A DNA stretch of 64,000 nucleotides from Octopus vulgaris (lineage: Eukaryota): contig OX597815.1 in NCBI GenBank assembly GCA_951406725.2, forward strand, positions 84,878,001 to 84,942,000, given 5' to 3'. The first letter of the stretch is position 1; every line of letters starts with the position of its first letter. The notes under the pieces are model-generated. The model ran no database searches, had not been told where the DNA came from, and saw only the letters and a program-made list of their open reading frames with translations. A program made the translations under genes and the position numbers. This document shows positions 1 to 12,152 of this stretch, one piece after another.

Positions 1-299
1 TTAAAAATCTGTGTTAACTTCCATTGCCTCTGTTGTAAGAGAATTAAGCTACTGGCAAACAAAGATCTGCGATACGGGTTCAATCTTCGCTCGAAATAAT
101 TTCTCTTTATCTTATTTTGCGGTTTTTTTTTTTTGGTTTTTTTTTAATATTAATTTTAAAGGAATCAAATTAAAAGATGCGATAAAAAAATTCAGAGAAC
201 GTAAGAGTCTTGCGTTGTCTGCATTTTTTACAGGCAGTAAGACGTAACAATAAACAGCTGAAGAGACAGAATGAGAATGGAATAGTACTAAGGGGAAAT

Positions 300-905
300 A
301 ATTCTTTCTACTGTCAGCACAAAGATAGAAATTTGGGTGGAAGGGGCTAGTCTATTACATCAACCCCAGTGCCAAGGTAATACTTACTTTATCGATCTCG
401 AAAGGATGAAAGCAAAATCAACGTCGGCGGAATTTGAACTCAGAACGTAAGGATGGAAGAAATACCACTAAGCATTTTGTCAGACATGCAAACAATTCTT
501 ATTTCTTTATTACCCACAAGGGGCTAAACATAGTGGGGACAAACAAGGACAGACAAAGGGATTAAGTCGATTATATCGACCCCAGAGCGTAACTGGTACT
601 TATTTAATCGACCCCGAAAGGATGAAAGGCAAAGTCGACATCGGCGGAATTTGAACTCAGAACGTAGCGGCAGACGAAATACAGCTAAGCATTTCACTTG
701 GCGTGCTAACGTTTCTGCCAGCTCGCCACCTGAAATAGGGGAAATAATCCTTTCTACTATAGGCACAAGGCCTGAAATTTTGGGGAAGGGAGATAGTTGA
801 TTACGTCGATCTCAGTACTCAACAGGTACTTAATTTATCGACTCCGAAAAGATGAAAGGCAATTCGACCTCGGCGGAATTTGAACTCAGAATGTAGCGAC
901 GGAAA
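300..905 (-). mobile_element. cluster of three tRNA-derived SINE copies (family A)
   Basis: Minus-strand head GGCGAGCTGGCAGAA...GAGTTCAAATTCCGCC (A/B-box-like) followed by GTCGACTTTGCCTTTCATCCTTTCGGGGTCGAT...GTACCAGT. Other copies at ~1425-1636, 5185-5575, 10960-11180, 24465-25130, 25970-26165, 26768-26985, 42113-42285, 45085-45530, 46360-47045, 54458-54670, 63495-63745. Confidence 0.88.
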
Positions 906-2093
906 TAAAGGAAATAACGAGAGAGAATAGTTACAAGGGTTCCTTGTAATCCAATATTTTTTTTTCTTTCACCTGAAATACAATCGAGAAAATAAAAGCA
1001 CTATCATTTTAGTCTGCACTCGCGTTCAGACATTGCATCCCAGCAAATAAACTGATTGTCAGGTGGTGAGAGATAAAGACACATACACACATACATGCAC
1101 ACACACACACATCCATTACATAGATGTATGTATGCATGCATGCATGTGTGTGTGTGTGTGTGATGGGCTTCTAAATAGTTTCCAATCACCAAATTCGCTC
1201 TCCATGAATTTGTTGGCCTTGGGCTGTAGCTGAAGACATTAACTCAAGCTGTCGCGCAGTAAGATTGAATCAGAGACCACCTGGTTTACAAAACGAACTT
1301 CTCGACCGTGCAGCCTTCTTGGACAAATATCATCATCGTGATCGCACTTGTTCTCAATTCTCCCATTTTAGGTGTTTGTATTGTCAACTTTTTATATATT
1401 GAGTTAATTTTCGATATATATTATTTTCAAATTTCGGCACAAGGCCAGCACTTTTGAGGGAGGGGACTAGTCGATTAAATCGACCCCTGTGTTCAACTGG
1501 TACTTATTTTATCGACCTCAAAAGGATAAAGGCAAAGTCGAACTCAGAGGAATTTGTACTCAGGACGTGAAGATGAACAAAATGCCGCTAAGCATTTCAC
1601 CCGGTGTGCTAACGATTCTACCAGCTCGCCGCCTTAATTTTACATATATATCGTAGTTTGTTAGAACCAAAATATCAATGAAGATACATTCTTTCTTTTT
1701 CGTAGACTTTAATAATAATGCCTGAAAGATGTTCTTTAATCTTCTCAGTAGGTTTAGACTGGCAGAGAACGATCGCTTTTTGCAGCTCCCTGAAACCTTT
1801 TGTAATGTATGTTGTCTCTTTTCTGTGAGATTTCTTTAAAGCTAATAGAGTTTACGGTGTTTGTTAAACTTCACCTCTGTTATATCAATTTATTCTTCTT
1901 TTTTTTTTTTGTTTCAGGCCATGCTGGAGCACCGCCTTTAGTCGAACAAATCGACCCCGGAACTTATTCTTTGTAAGCCTAATACTTATTTTATCGGTTT
2001 CTTTTGCCGAACCGCTAAGATACGGAGACATAAACACACCAGATCGGTTGTCAATCGATGATGGGGGTACAAACGCGCAAACACGCACGCACG

Positions 2094-2181
<88 letters not shown>

Positions 2182-2643
2182 TAAAAAAGCCACTCACAAG
2201 GCTTTGGTCGGGTCGAGGTTATAGTCCCCCTTGGGCAACACTGCGTACCACCTTGCGTATAGTCCACCTGCATACCACCTTGGGCACCACTGCCCAATGT
2301 GGTATGCATTGGGACTGAACCCGGAACCATGTGGTTGGTAAGCATGCTACGTACCACACAGCCACTCCTTATATTTTAGCTTCAGATTGACCTGCCAGAA
2401 ACAATGTGAGTTATTGCTTCTACACAGCCATTACATGTTGCTATTTTATATTCTGCTTTCTTTAAATATTTGTGTATGCGTGTATATATATATATATACA
2501 TATATGCAGCACGGACTTTGTCAGTGAACAGGTCGCGGATTTTAGCGACGAAAATATTTTGACAAATTAAACTTAAATGTTGGAGTGAATCGAACGGCTT
2601 TTGTGTGTTTCTTAAATGGCTTATAAACACCTCCCACGCTGCA

Positions 2644-2704
<61 letters not shown>

Positions 2705-3250
2705 GTATAACGTACAAAATGGGACAAGAACGCAAAACATCCAGATAGACGATACAAAGAAAACAAGGACGGGTCATTCGGAGTTTTCTTTCCTCAGTCG
2801 AGTTCCAGATTATCTTTGCAATTTCGGCTGGTTATACTCGAGAATGCTCCAATCTGGCCAGCCCCAAGGAAAAAACTAGGCTAAGAGCATTAGATACCTT
2901 GGAAGAAAGCAGTGAATGTATACGAAAACAAAGACGGAAAAAAAACAGGGAATATTACAAAAATACAAATAACAGGACATAACAACAGGTGTCTTCCGAC
3001 TAAGGACGAATTAGATTAAGCTAGCGTGTGTGGAAATAAAACTTTACGGCAGGGATGCAAGATTTCACAGGCATAGGGAAGAATGTAGATGTTGCAGGGA
3101 CGACGGTCGAACCAAGAATGAAAGATCAGGCTTGGCCGAACACCGGTCACGTGGAGAGAGAAGAGAGGGAGGCAGAGGGACAGAAGAATTAAGGAGGGGC
3201 AAGAAAAAATGACAGAGACACAGTGAAGTGAAAAGAGAAGATTGATATGC
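2705..3250. repeat. interspersed repeat, probably Penelope-derived
   Basis: Adjacent to (TA)n, with a purine-rich body and CTGAGGAAG...CCGAA on the minus strand. Same architecture as the 8012-9060 element. Confidence 0.4.
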
Positions 3251-3710
3251 TGAGCAACATAGGGTTTCCAGATTGGTAATCTAAGGAACTGTCGAGTAAA
3301 ATATTTAGTGTGGCATCTTGCATAACACAGACTTGGTTGGTGAGAGACAAAACAGGTGCATCAGATATACCGAGGCAGAAGGGACTTGCAGTTCGTTGGA
3401 GGGGCAGAGTATTATTGTAATAACAATAGAAAAATCGGAAATTAACATACAATGGTTACACTTGCCGTCAACCATTAGACAGTTTGGAGTGAATTGTTAT
3501 GTTTTGCACTATTTTGGGCCAGAATTGTCTGGAGAGAGCGCGTCGGCAGTGGACTCGGGCGTAAAACGGTGACTGGGTAACTATCATATAAACCATATAT
3601 TGTCTAAGACTGATCCTTATTGGAGATTTTGTAAAAGTCATCATAGATCTTTTGCTGACCTAATGCCGTACGAAAGAGGATTTTCAGTCAGCGTTAAGAC
3701 CCTTTATTTT

Positions 3711-3933
<223 letters not shown>

Positions 3934-4424
3934 GAATGTTGTGATATGCCGTTCGAAAGGTCATAAGCAGAATAAAAGAAGTTTTAACGGCTTGAAGTCG
4001 AAATCGCGGGACTGAAGCCGTAAACGCCAGCCCAAGCTCACAAAAGATAGTAATTGACTAGTTCCATGCTGTTCAGTGCTAATCACAAAATCACAGCACA
4101 ACATGAAATATAACAAAACAGAGAGGAAAGAGAATATTCTGAGAGTGTGTTTAACGGCGTCATAATGGGTAATAAGATAAATTTTGATTGCTAATTCTCT
4201 GCTATTTTGACAGTAATAGGAAAACTGTGTTCCGTAAGAAAGGTCGTTGTATTCAAGATGTCGACGTGCTGTAGGTAGGTGCAAACGTTATAATCTTCAA
4301 CCCATCTCACCATGAAAATAAATTACCGTCTTTTGGTGTTGTGTGATATTATAAGAGACGTTAATTTAGCTCCTTTACGGAATTATTAATACCTATCTAT
4401 AAGATATTGGTTTGCATGTACGCG

Positions 4425-4603
4425 CTCGCGCGCGCGCGTGGGTGTGTGTGTGTGTGTGAGTGTGTGAGTGTGTATTGCAGTGTATATATAAATATATATA
4501 TATATATATAATATAATATACATACACACACACACACGCACACACATACAGAACTGTGTCTGTATGGGTGTGTATGTATACGTCTGCATATATATATGTA
4601 TGA

Positions 4604-4648
<45 letters not shown>

Positions 4649-4882
4649 CATATATATATATGCACACACACACACGTGTGTGTGTGTATGTAAATATGTA
4701 CAGACAGTTGAATGCATAGGAATGTTTATTTATATATATATATATATATATATACATATATATAACTATATGCATACACACACACATATATATAGAGAGA
4801 GAGGGGGGAGAGAGAGGAAGAGAGAGAAAACAGACACAGCCTTGCCCATGTTTCAGTGTATGTCTGTATGTCACTGTTTATG

Positions 4883-4968
<86 letters not shown>
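4425..4968. repeat. compound (TG)n/(TA)n/(GA)n microsatellite
   Basis: Direct reading. Many similar tracts across the window, e.g. 2085-2176, 5944-6254, 8625-8915, 53583-53689, 59680-59740. Confidence 0.98.
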
Positions 4969-4970
<2 letters not shown>

Positions 4971-5939
4971 CATGCTGGTTTCACTTTTTTTTCTACTTTT
5001 TGCTCAAGAAAATAATGTCTTCGATCTAAGGAGTCAAAAAAAAAGCAAAAACTAAGATTTTAATTATGAAAGTCTAATTAAGGGTAAACTTTTCTGTTGA
5101 TGATATATTTCAGAAATTAATTAGCTCTGAAGTTTTCATTTCGTTGTAATATATGGTAATCGCATTAATTCATTAACTTTCTGACGAGCTGGCACAGTCG
5201 TTAAGCTCGCCGGTATTAAATACTTGCCAGCATTCCTGCTCTATTTACGTTTTGAGTTCAAATTCTACCGAGCTCGACTTTTTTTCTCCTTTCGCCTTTT
5301 CGGGTTCAATAAAATAAGCACCAGCTGAGCGCTGGGGTTGGTGTAATCGTCTAAAAACCTCTCTTTGAACCAGGTAGAATCGTTAGCACGCCGGACAAAT
5401 TGCTTAGCGGTATTTCGCACATTTTACGCTCTGAATTCAAAATCCGCCGAGGTTGACTTTGCCTTCCATCCTTTCGAGATCTTTAAAATAAGTATCAGTT
5501 GAACACTGGAGTTAATGTTATCGCCTGAGCCTCTACTCCGAAATTTCTGGCTTTGTGCCAATATTTGAAACCATTTTTACAGGATATTATGCATTTATGA
5601 AATATATAGCAATTTTTCTACTAATTTCCGCCAATGATCCAGTCCATCTGTTGAATTTAATTAACCTACCTAAGAGTTTAGTTAACTAACTTTTTATTTC
5701 TATATTTCTAATAATCAGTTGTTAAATGTATATTTATTCACAGTTTCAAGTGTGATAGGTTTAAATGACTGGTTAGTTCTACAAACTTGGTTATGCTGAG
5801 GGTGGCTACTTTGAGCAAACTGTTATCTTCCAAGCATAACCAAGTTGATATTTTTCGATATTTTAAAATATTTTCATTTTTGGATGGGATATTGTGTTTT
5901 CTTTTCCTTTTATGCAAACTGTTAAATTTAACCCGAACG

Positions 5940-5992
<53 letters not shown>

Positions 5993-6143
5993 TTATTTGA
6001 GATAATAAAATCCAAATTTACAAGGAAAAATGATATATGTGCATATATATAAATAATATATATATGCACATATATAAATAATATATATATGCATATATAT
6101 ATATATATATATATATGCACATATATAAATAATATATATATGC

Positions 6144-6174
<31 letters not shown>

Positions 6175-6196
6175 TATATAAATAATATATATATGC

Positions 6197-6230
<34 letters not shown>

Positions 6231-6254
6231 ATGTGTGTGTGTGTGTGTGTATGT

Positions 6255-6354
6255 NNNNNNNNNNNNNNNNNNNNNNNNNNNNNNNNNNNNNNNNNNNNNN
6301 NNNNNNNNNNNNNNNNNNNNNNNNNNNNNNNNNNNNNNNNNNNNNNNNNNNNNN
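6255..6354. other. assembly gap (100 N)
   Basis: Run of N. Confidence 1.
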
Positions 6355-7799
6355 AAGAACTGGGGCGAGATAACGACTAGGGTGGCTACTCTCACCCAGA
6401 AATGGACTGAGAGAAAGCTATCCCTAAAAGGTCGGGCGGAGGTGGCGAACGCGTACATCGCATCCGTCATCGAGTACCGTCTGACCGTCGTGCCTTGTCC
6501 CGACCCTACCATCACCAAACTGGAACGCATACTCTTCCGCTTCTTGTGGAAGGGAAACGTTCCGATGGTCAGGCGATCCATTTGCTGCCAACACCCGCTA
6601 AATGGAGGGCTGGGCATGCCGTGGTTGATGATGCGCAGACATGCGCTGAGACTGCGACATCTCCGGCGCTTCATAGACAACGGTGAACAGGGGTGGTCGC
6701 CTTTTGTGCGGCGCGCTTTCCCGCAGCTCGTCTCCTTGGACGAACTACAGTCATGGATCAAGCAGAGACCGAGGCTAGGCGAATGGCACCGTGAGTGTCG
6801 CGTTGCTCTCAAGCAACTCTGCCGTCCGGGATCGAACTTGTGCGACTCCATCACAACAAAGGCATTCTATAGAGGATTAGTGGAGGGGAGGTGCGACGAC
6901 GAACTCGGGCAGAGTCTGGGCGTCGACGAGGAACACCTGACCCGCCTGTTCAGGACAACTTTCGGGCCGGGACCTATGAACAATCACCAAAGATCCCTGG
7001 CCTGGCAGTGCTATCGAGAAGCATTACCTGTTCGGGATAAGCTCTACAGACACGGTTCCAGACACACTGGACCGACTTGCCCGAGATGCGGTCAGAGCGA
7101 CGAAACCGTTCTGCACGCACTCGTGCAATGTCCAACCATTTCCGACCTGTGGGCTTATGCCGAACGGCTGCTGTCACGTGTGGGACGAATCCGCCTATCG
7201 GCCGAGTCTATCGTGAGAATTGCTCCGCCCCCTTCCCTCAACCGGGAAGGCAAGGCAGTTTTCATCGTACTGGTGGCCATGGTGAAAGAATGTGTGTGGT
7301 GGACTCGAGCGAAAGGATTAGAGACAAACACTTACCTCTCTGGCCATTCGCTCATCAACTTTTTCAAGTACCACTTGAAAAGGAAGGTGAGAATGGAGAG
7401 GAAGTTTTGTCTCGCGAAAGATTCAATAAAAGATGGGTGAATGTTGCAAAGATGGTGCGTGCTAGTAACGAAACCATTTTGAGCATGATCCTGTAGATCG
7501 TAAAAAAGAAAGAAAGAGAGCATTTTTTGACCTCATGTGTTTATTTCCTCCCTGACTGGGGTTCCCGTGGTCTTTTCTGTAGGCTTTTCTTCCCACGGAT
7601 GAACCCAATCTTGTTATATCAATGTTTACACCATTATTTCTGTGATACACGATTTTCTTTTTTTCCTTTTTTTTCCTCCTCTCGATCCCTTTTGATCGCA
7701 ATCTTACATTTTTATTTTTTTCCACCCTCGAAAAGAAAAGCTCTGCATTTGTATTTGTCCCCTCTGTATTCAGCCCTGTGTGGCTAATAAAAGAAAGTT
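6355..7799 (+). mobile_element. Tx1/L1-clade non-LTR retrotransposon, 3' part of ORF2 (post-RT region plus zf-RVT) and 3' UTR
   Basis: W..RKLSLKGRAEVAN...FRFLWKG...PLNGGLGMP...LAWQCYREALPVRDKL...CPRCGQSDETVLHALVQCP (CCHC zinc knuckle). One frameshift near 7400 (continues EVLSRERFNKRWVNV..., stop at 7496). T-rich 3' UTR with AATAAA at 7786-7791. GC- and CpG-rich, so probably young. Confidence 0.9.
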
Positions 7800-7899
7800 N
7801 NNNNNNNNNNNNNNNNNNNNNNNNNNNNNNNNNNNNNNNNNNNNNNNNNNNNNNNNNNNNNNNNNNNNNNNNNNNNNNNNNNNNNNNNNNNNNNNNNNN
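7800..7899. other. assembly gap (100 N)
   Basis: Run of N. Confidence 1.
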
Positions 7900-7941
7900 A
7901 TGTATGTATGTATGTATGTATGTATGAATATATATATATAT

Positions 7942-8005
<64 letters not shown>

Positions 8006-8011
8006 GCATAT

Positions 8012-8622
8012 ATGGGTACAGAACGTCACCAACAGTAAACAACATGAAACACGAAAACAAATGAGTTCAATATGCGAACAACGAGAGAAACAAATGGAAA
8101 ACAGGACAAGTAACATAAATAACGACCCTTCATCATTTGTCGGCTCTCATTTCGAGCATTGAACGACAATATAAGTCTTCGAAAATAGTTATTCACATAA
8201 GTACCAAAATAAAATTTGGGATTTATAGAGACATACAAGGAAATCGAAAGAAAACAAACATAGAGAGTCGTTAGACCAGAACGAGGGTAAAAAAGCGAAC
8301 GCAGGAGAAATATTTTCTTTGACATGAGAAAAGATAGGAGACAGAGATAGGATACATCCAGTCCTTAGGATAGTATTGGAAAGAAAAGAAAGATGATCAC
8401 GTGAGGAAACGAAAGATGGACGATGGTCACGTGTGAGCAACAAGAGAGAGAACAGGAGAAAGAGGGAGAGAGAGACAGATAGAAAACGGTTAAGGGGAGA
8501 AAAAGGAATTAGAGAAAGGATGAGAGAGAAAACGATGGAGGAGAAAAACAGTATAGAGTCGCATCAAAAAGATTAAGGTAAATTTACTTGCAAATGGATG
8601 TGTGGTGTTCAATTAAATAATG

Positions 8623-8669
<47 letters not shown>

Positions 8670-8799
8670 TATACATATATATGTACATTTATTTGCATAT
8701 ATGCATATATATACATATATATATATGCATATATACATATATATATGCATATGCATATATATGTATATATATATATATATGTGTGTGTGTGTATGTATG

Positions 8800-8831
<32 letters not shown>

Positions 8832-9060
8832 AATATATACATATATATATATATATGTACATGTATATATAAATGTATATATATATATATACATATACAT
8901 ATACACATACATACATATGGATATATGAGTACAGGACGTCACCAACAATAAACAACATGAAACACGAAAACAAATGAGTTCAATGCGCAAACAACGAGAG
9001 GAACAATTGGAAAACAGGACAAGTAACATAAATAACGACCCTTCATCAGTTGTCGGCTCT
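8012..9060. mobile_element. non-autonomous Penelope-like element with ~135-bp direct terminal repeats
   Basis: 8012-8147 and 8925-9060 are closely matching direct repeats (ACGTCACCAACA...GACCCTTCATCA.TTGTCGGCTCT) embedded in (TA)n. Family assignment is inferred. Confidence 0.5.
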
Positions 9061-9066
9061 CTCTCT

Positions 9067-9105
<39 letters not shown>

Positions 9106-9649
9106 TTACACGCCTGAGTAACTTTTGTCTGTTGATCTTCTAGGCTATTCTTCCTACATGTATACAAGATCTACATGATACGAGAATCATAATCAACCGT
9201 AATGATGTTAAATATGCGTGGAGAATCCAAGTGACGCGTCAATTTTCATCCGTTCGAGTAAACTTGGCATGAATATTCTGTAGTATTCTGTCCACATCTG
9301 ACCCCTTTATGACATTTTGTATGGTTAGTATAACGACGTAAATAGACACACTTTAATTTAAAATTTATGACTATCTTTGGGTCCTATTCTTGTTTTATTG
9401 AACAATTAAATTTCTTTATCTTTTTGATTTATTAACGTCTTCTTTCGATCTAAGTTTGGTTAAAGCTAGAGGATTCCCCCAAAAAGGGCTACATAAGTGT
9501 TTGCCTCAAATTTTTGTGCAGTATTAATATACAATAATCCGTAATCTGGAAAAGATAATATTGGGGCACGTTACAAAGTGTGTTAAGTACTGCAATTTTA
9601 TATTTCAATTATAAATGAAACATCCTGGTGGTTTGATCTAAAAAAAAAA

Positions 9650-10690
9650 AGAAAGAAATAGAGAAGAAATGAAAAAATTCCAAAATAAGTTAATAAATGA
9701 TTATTTCTTTATTGAAAAGAAAAACAGACCATTGTGCTTAATATGTTCCGAATCTCTTCGATTTGAGCAATGTAACGTTAAGCGTCATTACACGACAAAA
9801 CTTTCTGAGTATGATAAATTTAAAGGAAATATTAGAAAGCTTAAAATTGAAACACTTCTGAAACAGATCGGAAGCCTGAATTCGCTCTTTGATAAAAGGC
9901 ACAAAGATTCCGAAGAAATTGTGCACGCAAGCTAAAAGCTATGTTGTTAGCGAAACCGTTACTAAACATTCTAAAAATTATTCTAGCGAAGAATTTGTGA
10001 AAGAACGCTTTCATGCAGTTGCTGAAGCTTTGTGCACGGAAAAGGTAAAAACATTTGGAAAAAAATTAGCTTCTCTCACAGAACAATAATAAGACAAGTT
10101 GAAGAAATTGTCACTATAATAAAGGCTGGCGGAAAAATCATTGGAATTTAGTTCAATTTCACTGCCTCTCGACGAAAGTATTGACGCACCAGCTTGTAAT
10201 TTTTGTTATAGAGCCTTTAACGTTACTGGAAAAAAAAGGAGCTTCCCATTCCAACTTTGAAAGATACCTTACAGGAAACAAATATCCATGAAAAAGTAAA
10301 GAAGTAATGAAGTTTAGTCTTTCTCTTGAAAAGCTTACGAGTATATTAACAGACAGGATCACTGCAATGTTTAAATCTAAATCAAGATTTCTTTCTGAAT
10401 TAAAATGTGAGGCGTGTATTTGCTTCAACCATCGATTTCTTTGAAATCTCGAACATTCAGCCATCGCCTATTCAAAATATTTCAAGAAGAAATGAAACGT
10501 GTGCTCGGATGTCTGGTATGTTATTGAGAAGTCGTTGGTTTAGTAAACGTTTCATGATGGTTATAGGCTCAAAGAAAAAATAAGGATCGTTTTGCATTTC
10601 TCGAGGGTGTTACTAGCCGTTTAAATTATTTTAATTTAAAATTACAATTGGAAAATCAATTAACTCATGAATAGTATTTCATTTTTGGAT
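9650..10690 (+). pseudogene. decayed hAT transposase (SPIN/Charlie/GTF2IRD2-like)
   Basis: YFFIEKKNRPLCLICSESL...NVKRHY (BED-like finger), ASYVVSE...EEFVKE, SLPLDESID (first catalytic D), KLTSILTD..AM, FAFLE...LNYFNLKLQ. Many stops, frameshifts and deletions. Confidence 0.8.
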
Positions 10691-10959
10691 TTGGTTTGCA
10701 AGATTCATGTGAGTTCGTGTGTTGAAGCATAATCTGTTGTGTCTAAAGAGAGTCATTCTTTTTTAGTGCCTTATAATTTAACATACTCACCGGTAAAATT
10801 TCCGTATATTTACTTATTTACTTTTCTAAAATCTACGTTGCGTCTTGCAACCTTTTCAATAGCTGTTGACTGTCCGTTATTCAAGCTGCGTTCTTTTTGT
10901 TCGTTTGTGCGCATGTGTGTGGATCAGTGTATGTGCGCATACACATATATGTATATATG

Positions 10960-11180
10960 TTTCTTTATTACCCACAAGGGGCTAAACATAGAGGGGACAA
11001 ACAAGAACAGACAAACGGATTAAGTCGACCCCAGTGCGTAACTGGTACTTAATTTATCGACCCCGAAAGGATGAAAGGCAAAGTCGACCTCGGCGGAATT
11101 TGAACTCAGAACGTAACGGCAGACGAAATACGGCTACGCATTTCGCCCGGCGTGCTAACGGTTCTGCCAGCTCGCCACCT
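10960..11180 (-). mobile_element. young, CpG-intact SINE family A copy
   Basis: Full head-to-tail match to the 500-730 copy. Confidence 0.9.
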
Positions 11181-11624
11181 TCATACACATATATGTATAT
11201 ATGTGTGTATGCATGTATGTACGTGTACGTTTGTATGTATGTATTCTGCATATTCATGTATTTACGCGTCTTTATATGTATGTGTGTACCTCTTTCTCCT
11301 TGTGTGTGTGTATGGGTCTTTGTGACTATGTACTGTGTCTGTATGTATAGATGTGTATCTCCGTGTGTGTCTCCATATGTGTCCTTGTGTGAAGTGAAGT
11401 GTGTGTCTATGGACATGTATTTCAGTCTTCATTTGTGCATGTCTATATGTGTGCTTGTCTGTTCATATTAGCTATGTACCTATCCGTCTGTATGTCTATC
11501 TGTTTACTTTCATATCCATTTGCCTACATACATATGCATATATACACAGAACACATCTACATAACAGCCCACTAACTATTCTACTATATATAAAGTGTGG
11601 GTTTGGGGGTATGATTACCTACTA

Positions 11625-11925
11625 CGTATATTTCCTATTTAGTACTGGGGATGTTTCATTTATGAGGTCGTACTCCTGTATTTGTCTGAGGGTTGGGTCA
11701 TTTGGGTGCTTGGATAAAGTGCGGATGCCAAATTGACCCAGGTTGCCTCCATGTTAATCCTTGGCATGATGGTAGAGTATGGAGGACTGTTTGTTTGTTT
11801 TTTTTTTCTTTTTGTCGTCATATTATCTCAAATGCACATTTTGTCCTTCCGCAGTGCTCCTAGATGTCTCCCCTATGTATGTCATGTTCATGTCTTTACA
11901 AACATGAATTGTATAGTGTTGTAAA
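11625..11925 (-). mobile_element. Penelope-like element GIY-YIG endonuclease fragment
   Basis: Minus-strand translation gives TYIGETSRSTAE...HL and SSILYHHAKD*HGG...DPTLRQIQEYDLINETSPVLNRK. Confidence 0.7.
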
Positions 11926-12115
11926 ATCATTTGGAACCAAAGTTCAAGTTCAGAAAAAATAAACTCAAGACTTGTAGCACTTTTCCATTTCCCAATCAAG
12001 CGAGAGCTTTGCGCTGATCAGTTAAAGGACTTTAAAAAGAAAAGAAAAAGAACTGAGCACTAGAATTAATGACGTCAAAGAAAAGAAACCGGTGTTAACG
12101 TTTTCTAAAATCCAT

Positions 12116-12150
<35 letters not shown>

Positions 12151-12152
<2 letters not shown>

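Noticed and set aside
3255-3600. Possible ancient RTE fragment; similar unassigned coding-like stretch at 21200-22015
   Set aside because: Too degenerate to assign a family by eye.
6018-6854. 278-aa minus-strand ORF
   Set aside because: Antisense shadow of the LINE ORF2 joined through an N gap to a microsatellite.
9669-10089. Domesticated GTF2IRD2/ZBED-like host gene
   Set aside because: Multiple stops, frameshifts and deletions with no splice signals rescuing the frame. It is a dead transposase.
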